Assembly (NCBI GenBank): GCA_012295275.1
Contig: CM022679.1
Location: 23,498,001-23,562,000, forward strand
DNA: 64,000 nt
Origin: Chrysomallon squamiferum
Lineage: Eukaryota > Animalia > Mollusca
Direction: 5' to 3'
In this document: positions 40,801 through 52,200 of the stretch, piece after piece
Numbering within the stretch: position 1 is the first letter of the stretch
How the letters are laid out: each line of letters opens with the position of its first letter
The notes under the pieces: generated by a model
The model's input: the letters and a program-made list of their open reading frames with translations, nothing else
What the model was told of the DNA's origin: nothing
The model's database searches: none
Position numbers and translations under genes: made by a program

Positions 40801-41654
40801 ATGTTAAATATCAGTTCAGAGTTTGTTTTCACAAACATTATTTTCTGCAAATAAAAATTTCCAAAAAAGTCACTTCTTTTCATCAGGTACGTAATCACAA
40901 TTATTATTGTTATTCAAATTTATTTGGCACAAATATTCCTCTCTAATGTGACCTATTAGAAAATAATACTTTTTATTTCTTTGAATGACTTCAGGTGACA
41001 GTACTAACCAGATTCACTTTGAGGGTTATCAGGTAACAAACCAATGTATGGCTCTTGTCAATGATGAATGTCTTATTCCCACCAAAGATGTTCCAGAGCT
41101 GGGTTACATAAAGGAATCTAGTAATGAACAGTATGTCCCCGACGTCTTTTATAAGGTAAGTGGATTCTGTTGTTTTTTTTAAAAATAAATTCAGTATATA
41201 TCCCTGATGTTCTTTATATGGTTGGTTCCTTTTCTAAAAATGTACAATGGTATAAATTTGGCAGTTTGTTTGTACCTGGTAGCATTTGATGTCTTTATAA
41301 TAATATTTTGTTAAATATATAATAGTGGATTTTGTAAATGTACGTATATTTTTAGAACTTTCAAGAGTAATGTATTATTAGTGAGTGTACGTAAATATTT
41401 TCAGGCCCATTTTCAGGATTTACTTCCAATTGCAGATTGCTCTTTTGAGAAATAATAGTTTTTTTTATTCCTGTAATAATGTTAAATCATATCTTTAAAA
41501 AAAATTAAATTAAATCAAAAATTAAAACATAAGCTAAACAAATGATAATTATTAAAAAAAAATATGACTTTATCCCAAAGGAGTTATTGAAGTTGTTTAA
41601 ATGGGAAACATATTTTTTATTTAAATTTTCGTGACAACAAAATATTATTATTAT

Positions 41655-41689
<35 letters not shown>

Positions 41690-43334
41690 TACAACTATGA
41701 TGTTAAATTCATTATATATATTAAACTTCACTGTTTATTGTTAGGATAAGGATAATTATGGTAATGAGGTGACCCAGTTAGCGCGGCCTCTACCCGTGGA
41801 GTATCTGCTTGTTGACATCCCAGCAGCTTTTCCAGTAGAGCCCCAGTACACTTTCAAACACAACCCAGACGTAAAACCATTTCCTATTGAAAACAGAACA
41901 GATCTGGGAGAAATACAGGCAAGTGTTGTAAATTAGAAACACATTTAGCAATTTCTTATCTCATTTTAACAGTCAATCTGTGCTTGTAAAGAAAAATATG
42001 AAAATTAATGACAACAATTCAATATTATAGATATACGCCTGGAAACATTTTGAGTCTTGATTATTTTTCTTTTATCATCATACAAATATTTTAAAAGAAA
42101 AAAAATATATATCTAAATGGTGATTTGAATTTTGCTATATTGGACAGGTATTAAAGTTTTAGAGCTTGAAAATGAACTGTATTTTTTAATTATTATGATT
42201 ATTTCACTTAATCAGCTGGGCTTGTAAATATTTAAGTGAGTAACCAGTCTTGTTAATATGTATATATATATTGCATATAAATAAGTGTAAAAAATAATAA
42301 TAAAAGTTAATCTTATCTTTCAGGACTTCAACTCTCTAGTTCAGTACATTGGATCTTTTCAGCCAAGTCAGTTTTTGGAATGCATGTCAGATTTTCATTT
42401 GTTGATCTTCCTAGCAACATGTGAAATGTTACCACTGAAGGTGATCAAATTCAAATCTATCTGTGTAAATGTTATATTTAAATAAAATAAATACCATTAT
42501 AAATAATATTGTTTTCCAGCCATTTAATATTAAGCACTGATAGTTGAGATTATTTTGTTTGTTTAGTTCAGATATTTTAAGTATTTATAAAGGGTTTATT
42601 GACATGTTTTACGTAAAATTAACAATGCCATGAGGAAATTATTATTACTGTTGTCATTTTGTTTTACCTGTTAACATATTTTCTTAAAATATATATGATA
42701 TTTAATTTGTTTGTTGTTGGGTTTTTCAAGACAAAAATGAATGTTCTGTTGGAAGCTGTGAAAACAAACTCTGAAAGTAAAGCTATGGAATTCAAAAAAT
42801 CAGAGGAGTGGGCAACTGTTGAAGAAATGATTGCAGCTCATGGTAAAGAAAATAATAAAATTCAATTTATATGTCAGTTCCAGTATTTAACTAAACCTGA
42901 ATTCATTTAGTTTAGAAGTATTATTAGAGAGTTGAAATATTTTATTGCTGCTTCTTTTTCTGTTTTCATTTTATTTTATTTTATATTATTATTTTTATTT
43001 TTATTTTATTTATTTTATTTTATAATATTATTATTATTTTTATTTTATTTATTTATTTTTATTTTTATTTATTTTTTATTTTTTATTTTTTTGTATGTGT
43101 ATTAACAAAATATTATATAAAGCTGTAGTCTTTATTGACATAAATGTTAACACTTTGTTCCCTACTGTTTCAGCACCATCACCTACAGTGTCTCGACAAG
43201 CATCATATGTGGGTCCTGGAGCTGCACCCCTGCCCCCTATTGGTCAGTCAAGTAGTTTGTGGACATGTTCACATTGCACTTTTCTCAATCAACCTGGCCA
43301 TAACGCTTGTGATATGTGCTCTCTGCCTCGTTAG
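34856..43334 (+). CDS. NPLOC4: Nuclear protein localization protein 4 (Npl4, p97/VCP-Ufd1 cofactor), ~615 aa, 15 exons
   Basis: Exons 34856-34870, 35687-35770, 36418-36530, 36840-37013, 37611-37659, 37900-37994, 38514-38637, 39134-39313, 39731-39892, 40294-40420, 40995-41155, 41745-41918, 42324-42440, 42731-42842, 43174-43334. Motifs [68 protein letters not shown] and C-terminal [17 protein letters not shown]. Confidence 0.97.
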
Positions 43335-44505
43335 CATGCAATATAAAGAACTGGATAAATTGGTTATTTTTTTAAACTCGGCTTTCAGTGTCAATAATGT
43401 GAATAAAATTCACAATTTCTTCTCCTTTTCTTTTCATTTTTTATTTCTTACAAATGATGACCTATTATTTATCAGTCTTTTCTCCTTTTTTTTTAATTTT
43501 TTTTTTTATATTATTATTTCTTTTTTATGTTTATGTAGAACTAGTTTCATACTTAAAGGACTTCTTTGAAGATTTATTTGGTTTAGGTAATAATTATGTT
43601 GATAACTGGCCATGTTTGTATGTAACCTATATTGTTATGTCACATGGTACAAGAAAACCTCAGTAATAGACTTTATATTTATTTGATCACATTTTGTACA
43701 TAACTCAAAGATCAGTAACACTGTAACTGCTTTAATATTCTCATTTTAAAAGATTATATGTACTCCAATTTAGTTACTGATTTTTCACTGTTAGAAAAAT
43801 AATGAAAAACAAAATCAATGTTTTAATTGGCTAATACACTGATAGCAATTCTTGCATCCTTATGTTTCTATTTGTAAACAATATTGTTATAAAGTCACTT
43901 TATATATATTTAAATCCTTTTAACATTAACATTTTTGATTTGTGAAGTCAAATGTGGTCAGATAACAAGAAAACAATGAAGACAAAAAAGGAAAATAAAA
44001 ATTTTGCCCAACATTTATACAGAAATAAAATGTGTGTATACATTATCCCAGAAAATTTTGCAAACAGGTATGGCAATTGATATGATTTAAAGTTTCATAT
44101 TAAATGCTGCTAAATTTATCACATAAATTTTATATCATTTATCAAAATTAGCAATTTATTGTTAGCATGAGAGAATATATGAAGAGTTTTTTGTGTTTAT
44201 TATTTTTCAATTATTTTTCATTGTTTATACATTAGCATTGATGTCTGAAAAATTATGACTGTTTTCGACTGATAGATGTATTTATAACTGAATTTCAGAA
44301 TAATAATTTTCAACATTTTTGCTGAATACCTATGGTAGAAAATTTTCTTTCTTTAAACAAAAATAAAATAGATGCATTTGTATATCAGGTAGGCTACATT
44401 TAAATATTTATTTCATTAAAAATACAATTACAGTTTTAAAAATAAAAGTGAAAGAAATGTGTACGTGGTTGAGAATAAAACATTGAATAAATTGATTGGT
44501 GTTTT

Positions 44506-44562
<57 letters not shown>

Positions 44563-44788
44563 TGTCTCTGAGAGTATGTGTATATTATTTTCGAATACAT
44601 GTACAGAGATTAAAGTTCTGATACCTCAGTATATCCATGATTACCTCACTTTGCAGCCAGTTAATCAAAGAATGAGCTTTGAGCTACTTTAAGTTATTTT
44701 AGAAAGTTAACATAATATTAATGTCTCACAACATAACCAGTTTGTCTTCAAAATCTGCAGTAAGTATACTCTCCTACCTCTATATATA

Positions 44789-45111
44789 TAGGGTCATTCA
44801 AAAGTCCCGCTATACTTTTATATTTTAATTAAATAAAAACGTCTTTACGTATTTAATAAATTTAGTCATGAACGTTCTGTAGACTGCTGCAATTTGTCCC
44901 ATAACAAAAAAATCCCTGTTCTGTTTTCTTGGGCTCCATAGACTTCAACGTGAGCAACTTCTTTTTCGAGACACATTGCCCACCTCTTCAAGCATTCCTT
45001 TTCAACTGTGGTCAGCATCTCCCTTGTAACAAGATTACAGGCATTCCTTGTACGTTCCTCTAACTCTTCAAAGTTCATTTAATTAAAACTTAAACGTTTT
45101 GAATGACCCTG
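44789..45111 (-). mobile_element. Internally deleted Tc1/mariner-superfamily element, 323 bp
   Basis: TIRs AGGGTCATTCAAAA (44790) and TTTTGAATGACCCT (ending 45110) in a TA context; minus ORF NFEELEERTRNACNLVTREMLTTVEKECLKRWAMCLEKEVAHVE resembles the C-terminal helix of Tc3/mariner-like transposases. Confidence 0.8.
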
Positions 45112-45320
45112 CATATACATATATGTATATAAAATTATAGTCCTTGATTATAGCAGATATATTTTGTACCATAGAGAATCGTTTTGGCACAGTTCTTGCA
45201 GTTTTTAGTGAATGGTGAGAAAGTATGTAGTATGTCATTTTGTTACTTTTGTTTTAATTACATCAATTTCTTTTCTCTTTTTTTTTCTTTTGTGTATGGG
45301 TGTGTGTGTGTCTATTTTTG

Positions 45321-45526
45321 GTTTAGTTAACTAATTTTTATTGAAAACAAAGTTCAACAATAAAATAACAATTTTTTTATTTTATTTTTGTCTATATTTT
45401 AGTTCAGTCAACTAATTTTTATTTAAAACAAAGTTCAACAATAAAATAACATTTTTTTTTTTATATATTTGTTTTAGTTTAGATAACTAATTTTTATTGA
45501 AAACAAAGTTCAACAATAAAACAACA
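45321..45526. repeat. Three tandem copies (~75-81 bp period) of AACTAATTTTTATTGAAAACAAAGTTCAACAATAAAATAACA
   Basis: Copies at ~45329-45370, 45410-45451 and 45485-45526 seen directly. Confidence 0.9.
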
Positions 45527-45614
45527 TGCACGGATGGTGTCATTTTCTTAAAAAAAAAAAAAATTATTTATATTTTTTTATATTTTTTAAATTATATTTT
45601 GTTGAAATGTAGAA

Positions 45615-45660
45615 CAGGAAATTACGTAACAGTTGCTTATGGTAACTGGGCGGCGCAAGC
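45615..45660. promoter_or_regulatory. RFX X-box with adjacent bZIP and ETS-like sites (no assigned gene)
   Basis: GTTGCTTATGGTAAC 45632-45646 closely fits the X-box palindrome; TTACGTAA 45622-45629; CAGGAAAT 45615; GC-rich GGGCGGCGC follows. Confidence 0.55.
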
Positions 45661-48600
45661 CTGAATGATGTAATGGTTAAGGCGTTAGAATATTTCGATC
45701 ACTTTAAAAGTTACTTATTTATTGAATCGTATGGAATTTTTCAGTTTCTTTTAAGGTTTTATACAATATGAATACAAAATGAAAATTAAAAAACTAAAAA
45801 TGAAAAAAGAAATGAAAGTATGTATACTCCTTGCTCACAATATCGTGGTACCTCAGTATATGTTTATATAAAATTACATTTACAAGAATAGATAAATATT
45901 CGGTCTAGCCATTAGGCTAATGCTTTCTTTTTCCTGCACAATGATCAACCATAATATCCTCTCTTTTCTTTAATCTTTAAATGCAGTATGTTTTGAACAG
46001 ACAGTATTGTATGTGTTTCTCTAACGTGTGCTAAATCTTCAGTAAAATATAAAGAAATGAACCTTATACCATCGTGCCAATAGTGCAGTCTATCATATTT
46101 TTTTAATCTCAATAATAATAATAATAATAATAAATAAAATATTTAAAACATAATTTAACACACACATACAAACTGGGGCGGATCTCTTATGAAAATAATA
46201 ACGCTTAAACTTCAGGGACCCTATTCCCAGTGGGGCCCCAGAACCAACTTTTGTCCACATTTCTTCAAAGTTACAATCAAAATCCATAGAAGAAGACTAA
46301 TTACCCAGACCTCGTTGTTGTTGTTGCTGCTGTTGCTGCTGCTGCTGGTGTGTGTGACTATTTAATGTCCTTCTCGCACATGTGAATTTTCATTGCATTT
46401 ATTAATACGTGTACAGAGTTAATTGTTTATTTTGACTTAACGATACAGCCTATACATTATTTATTTGTAATCATCCATCCGCCACTACATAATGTGGCGA
46501 AAGTACCAAACGTATCATAATATGGAATATCCCCTTGCGTAATCTTTCCTGCCACTTCTGCTATAAATTATTTTCACAACATTCTTACAAGCTGTAGAGT
46601 ATTGCTGAAAGTAAATGTATTTCTCGTTTCTTGTTTTTTTCATGAAACACAGAATGTAATTAAACCAAGTCACAAAAGATTTCTGGTGTTGGTGGTGGTG
46701 GGTGGTTGTTTGTTTAAACGATTATCGCTTTGTTAGCAAGCCGCCAAAACGAACGTGACAGTGAAATAAGAGCTCGAGCTAATTAGCATAGCTTTTGTTT
46801 TTTCGGTTGGCGTCTGCTACAGTTTCTGACTTGGTTCACATAAAAAGATTCCGAGGTGAGACAGATTAGATGGTTGTCACGCCTCAATAGAGACTATTAA
46901 AACTATTACCGACAAATCAATAATAAAATATTTCTTCCATTTATAAGTGAATAAAATATATTTCAAACGGGTTTATAACTTAGATGTAATAATAATACGG
47001 AGCTGAATTTTATATAGATATAACTGATTTTAAATTTTATTCACTTATTTCTTTTTCTTATTTATTTATAATTCATTTCATCATGAAATTCATATGCCAT
47101 TTACTAAGACAACACCTACATTTTTTAAATTAGAAAACTTGAAGAAAACTGCTATATCGTTTCAAGAACGAAGAAAATCCTAAGCGACTGATCGTCCATG
47201 CATAACGAACGATCTTGTCTGCATTAAAATAAATAAATAAATAGATAAATAAATAAATAAAAGAGATGGAAAATTATAGATAAGTTCTAATAATAATAAT
47301 AATAATAATAGCTGTACGTTTTATTATGAAATTATTCGTACATTCTCTCTCTCTCATACATGCACTCATTCAAACACTACATACAAAAACAACAACAAAC
47401 AAATAAAAAAATACGATCACATTCGGTTTGTCGTAACCCTGTAGCTAACAATAATTATATCTCTTTATCGTTAACTGTCTTAAAAATTAAGTGTCTGAAA
47501 CACCTACGATATTTATTTGACTAATATTGATCTATCATATTGAAACTACAAAGTCAATGAAACACGACAGCTGTATTTATTGACCAGTAACAGCATGATA
47601 GAAAACAGAGCCTGACTTGAAGGATTCCAGAATTCTCGATCCAGTAGCTTTGCTTTATTTTGTTTAAATAAAACACGAATAAAGTTAAGTCATACCGAAA
47701 ACGTTATATATCTATATATATTTTTTATATTTTATTTTTCTCCACATATCATCGCTTAGCAAAGATTATTTTTTATAGTTTGTTATATCGTACGGCAGTC
47801 TGTATGTTTTCCCAATCCGTTCAGGAACACTTAGTCTCTACGGGCGCAGGACTGTGACAGGAGAACAAGATGAGGGCGGTCAACTGCTTTCCTAAATGCT
47901 GGCAGAATAGTGAAGAACATTTTAACAAAAAAGAACAAATTGACACTTGTGTTCCTTTTCTTTCTTTCTTTTGAATTTTTTATTTTATCTGTGTACAATT
48001 TCGGATGAATTCATTTGCCTCACTTAACCAAAAGCTCCCATACGCCCACGCTCAAATGAATCTTACAGGTCCTGCCTCGCATTAAATTGAGTTTTGGAAT
48101 GAATGTGAACGATAAAGTCCCTTTTCTTTTTATAGTCTGAAAAAATATTTCATAGTATAATCCCTATGACAATGCACATAACAGAATAACAAAATTAACG
48201 CTGGTTCAGCACATTTTATTAATCACTTCTTTACGTTATCAGTCTTATGGATCGTCTATAATGATAATTATGTAAGAGTACATATCTCCAACAATTCATA
48301 AGCTACTATTATCGAACAGCAATCAAAGATTATTTTACATATGTGTTTTTAAGAACAGGACAGTAGGTATTTAGGGATTTCACAAAATATTCGTAAAAGA
48401 CTGACAGAAACAGCAGATTACGTACAGGGAGCTACATCCCGTTCTTCCAAATGAATTCTAGACATACAAACTGGGATGCAGACGTAAGCTCCCCAGGACA
48501 AAAGATTTCAAATGAAAAACAATAAAATAAAATAAATTAATAAGTAATGAGGCCACCACCATCAACAAGAAGAATAAGAGCAATAACAAATAAAACAACA

Positions 48601-48830
48601 ATATAAATATAAATATAAATATAAATATAAATATAAATAAAACAAACAAAAAGACAGAGGAGTCTTACGCACCTATCCTAGCATCTGAATGAATAATTTT
48701 GTAAAAAGCTTGACATCACCACCATAAAGAGTAAATAAATTAAGATAATAATTTTAAAAACTTAATGAAAAAATAATTCTTTGTTCAAATTTATTTCAGA
48801 TTATTGTGGTGATTTTAATTAAATTTTAAG

Positions 48831-48887
<57 letters not shown>

Positions 48888-49029
48888 TACTTCTTCCTTT
48901 TTTACAAATGTTTATTACTACTGTTGTTGTTGTTGTTGTTGTTGTTGTTGTAGTTAAGTTATAGTTACAGGATAAGAACAGTTATAAAATTTTAGTCTCT
49001 TTCTTTGTCAACTAGATCAGGGGAAACTA

Positions 49030-49217
49030 TTCAAACCAATGGTTGTAGAGACATTTAGGTGGGTACATCACGTGCTATGATTTGGCCAATGAAATTATTT
49101 TGTGATTGAATCACGTGTGGTCTTTCTCTCGCACAAAGGCTTGATGTAGAAACGTGTGTTCCTAAACTTTTTTAAAATATCATTTGACAAAACATCTAAC
49201 GCGTCGAGCGTATCACG
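49030..49217 (+). promoter_or_regulatory. Promoter/5' region of the hnRNP gene
   Basis: CCAAT at ~49036 and ~49086, CACGTG E-boxes at 49069 and 49112; YY1-type AAAATGGCG motifs in intron 1 at ~49534 and ~49992. Confidence 0.6.
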
Positions 49218-52200
49218 ATGACGGACACAGAATTCCAACAAGATACGACGTATCAGACATTTGAACAGAATGGAAAATTCGAAGGAGATGAATCTGAAAT
49301 GGAAGGTCAGGAAACGACAGGACCTGGAGGCGACGCTGGCGATTCGGGCGAGAACGAAGATGACCGGTAAGTTCGTTAAAATCATGATGTTAACGTTTGA
49401 GAATAAAGTCGATAGTGGGTGAAACATACTGTTAGTGTGTTGAACGTTCTATATCTTTTTAACTTACTGTAACGATCTGTATCAAAATGTAATATTTAGT
49501 TTTCTTAGAGCACCGTTTCGTTGGTGAAAAAACAAAATGGCGGGCTTATCGCTTCAGCCATGTGCTAATAAAGAAAAGCACATCTGTTCACGTCGGTGAC
49601 CTACTTTTTAAAAATCGTTTTTTAAACATGATCAATCCAGTCAGCTGGTATATATCTTGCATAGGAAAAAATAAATAAAGCATTACTGCAATACTGCATG
49701 TTATTAAGAGCGCTTTCTTCTTTTTATTAACCGTTAAGCAAATAGCGTTACAGAGCAGTAACTCAAACGAAAACTAGAGCATCAACCTCCCTGCATTGGA
49801 ATGTCCTTGAGAAGTTATCTGCGTTTGGCTGCTTATTAAGTTTAAGAACGATCTATATTGTAATGGTTATGGATGTTATTGGATGCTTACAAAATTAGGC
49901 CGGTTCAAACCGTTTTACGGATATAAATAAAGAAAACAGCGCGAAATGTAACAAAGGAAATTTTGCCCCTTGCGAACAGGACACAAACAAAAAAATGGCG
50001 TCCGTCCACGTTTAATCATGGTACATTGGAGTTAGTGATTTTCTTCTTCGTTGAAACATGAGTTTAAAATTCTAAAAGTATACTTCATAAAATTCAATAA
50101 AATAAGAATAATTTTTAAAATCTGATGTTTCGTTTGTTGGTTTTAAATAAAATTCAGTTTTAAGAAAGATTTACTGGTGCAAAAACAAGAAATTTCTTAG
50201 TCAAACGTCAAATCAACCTACTTGCTGAACTAGAAAACAGATAATTTAATGTTTTGTGAGAGCATTTATAGATTAATAATGAAATATTTTGAAAAAAATT
50301 TTTTTTTTGTTAATTTGTTATTCTAAAATGACTTAAATGAAGTGGTGTTGGGAATAACTTAGGGATGGGTGTGATTGTATCGCCTAGTAATAACATTTAA
50401 TCTGCATGTCTTCCAGATACTCAATTGAAATAAAATATTGGAAGACTTGTATTAAATTCCTTTTGAAATGAATCTATTCTAATCAGTACTACATAGTAAC
50501 CACCTTTTACTATGAATTAAAACAGTATTTAATAAACATCTTTATAAAGGTTAATCCTTTAATTAGGCAAGTTGGCTGTAAAACTTGTTTTCTAAGCAGA
50601 TTTTGACTTGCTGCATTAATTTAACAAACTTCAGAAATGATAATGTATAAAATGGAAAGGGTTGATACTTATCAATGTTATTCTTTGGGTATTGCTTCAG
50701 AACCTGTGTTAGTTAAAAATGTTTTGTCACAAGCATCTTTTGAAATGGTAAATTGTATACCTGATTTTTTTTTTAAAAATGACAAATTTATGAAGCTACT
50801 AGTGGCATGAATCCACTAACTCACTGGATTCAACTGAAAAGGTAAAACTATTGACAGCCGATGACCAATTCAGCATGACAACCAAGTAGTATGTTTTTGA
50901 AATGTAATTTTTTTTTTTTTTTATGACTGAAAATTCATTGATTACTAAAATGTACAAAGGATAATGCATTTTTAAAGATATTGATATATATATATATTTT
51001 TTTTTTTTTTTTCCAGAAAATTATTTGTTGGTGGATTAAGTTGGGAAACTACTTCAAGTAAGTATTTAAAAAATGATTACACACATTGCTTCTTACATAG
51101 AGAAAGGTTTGATGCTGGTTTGTTAGTCAACTGAAATAGCTTGACATTAGAAACAAAAATTAATATTTCAGTTTTATGACTGATAAAAAATATAAATGCA
51201 CTGTAATTTTGATATTAAATACATTAACAGAAAAAAGTGGAAGAATAAAATATTTTAAACTACTTTTGCAGAAGACCTCAAAGATTATTTTGGAAAGTTT
51301 GGGGAAGTCACAAGCTGCACACTGAAGACAGACTTAGAAACAAAAAGGTCACGTGGATTTGGATTTGTTGTATTCAGTGATGTTGCTACGTTAGATAAAG
51401 TAAGTACTTGTTTTGTATACATAGGTATATCTTCAAATATAAATTTGAATGGTGTCAGATATAAAAAGGGACAGGTTGGGATACTGAAGTTGTGCATGTG
51501 TTTGCTGAAATGATTTAAGTAATGCTTATGTGTTGGCAATTTTCTGTTTTTGTGGGGAAAATGCTTATATCAGATACAAAAATCCAAATGAAAATATTGC
51601 TGTTGGAAAATTCCTGCAGCAGTTTGTAGATGATCAGTGATCTTTTTTCTTCTAAACCAGTAAAAATTGGAAGTGAATAAATCCCCAACTATGGTTGCAT
51701 TTAGGGACACAAGTAAACAAGCAGTTGTTGCAGACATGTAACTTTGCAAACACATGCCAAATGGAGTGTTGTAGGTGCATTTCAGTTTCTGATCCTGTTT
51801 TTATATTTTAAGAAATTGTTTAGCATTTTTTTTTTTTTTTTTTTTCTCCAGGTGCTAGAAGTTAAAGATCACAAATTACATGGAAGAAATATAGACCCCA
51901 AAAGAGCCAACCCAAGAGTTGGTATCAAAAAAATATTTGTTGGAAGATTAGACCCAGCTTGCTCTGAAGATGACATCAGAAAATACTTTGAAGCTTTTGG
52001 AAAGGTAAATGTTTTTCCTGAACATGGTTAACATATTAAATACAATTCATTAACATTGTCAGTACAAAAACATAGGACAACTGCCACCTGTACAGTTTAC
52101 TTTATCAACTGTACCGTACAAAGCAACATTAATTGAAACCATCCTTTTACCCCACAAGACTGAATTTATGGAAAGTAAAAAATGCTCTACATACATAAAC

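Noticed and set aside
45659-45705. tRNA/SINE-like head (TGATGTAATGGTTAAGGCGTT..TTCGATC)
   Set aside because: No room for an anticodon arm and no acceptor stem; at most a decayed SINE fragment.
46315-46365. Poly-Leu stretch as the signal peptide of the candidate neuropeptide
   Set aside because: It is a (TTG/CTG)n microsatellite with no nearby ATG, and its donor-like site is in the wrong phase.
46173-46500. Possible MITE ends GGGGCGGAT / ATCCGCCAC and a CGCCAC-GTGGCG hairpin
   Set aside because: Termini are short and no convincing TSD.
46742-46812. Hairpin CGCCAA..AAATAAGAGCT/AGCTTTTGTTT..TTGGCG as a miRNA
   Set aside because: Large asymmetric bulge and no match to a miRNA I know; overlaps the candidate exon.
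49095-49427. 110-aa minus ORF, and ORFs 53752-53968
   Set aside because: Antisense or off-frame overlaps of hnRNP exons.
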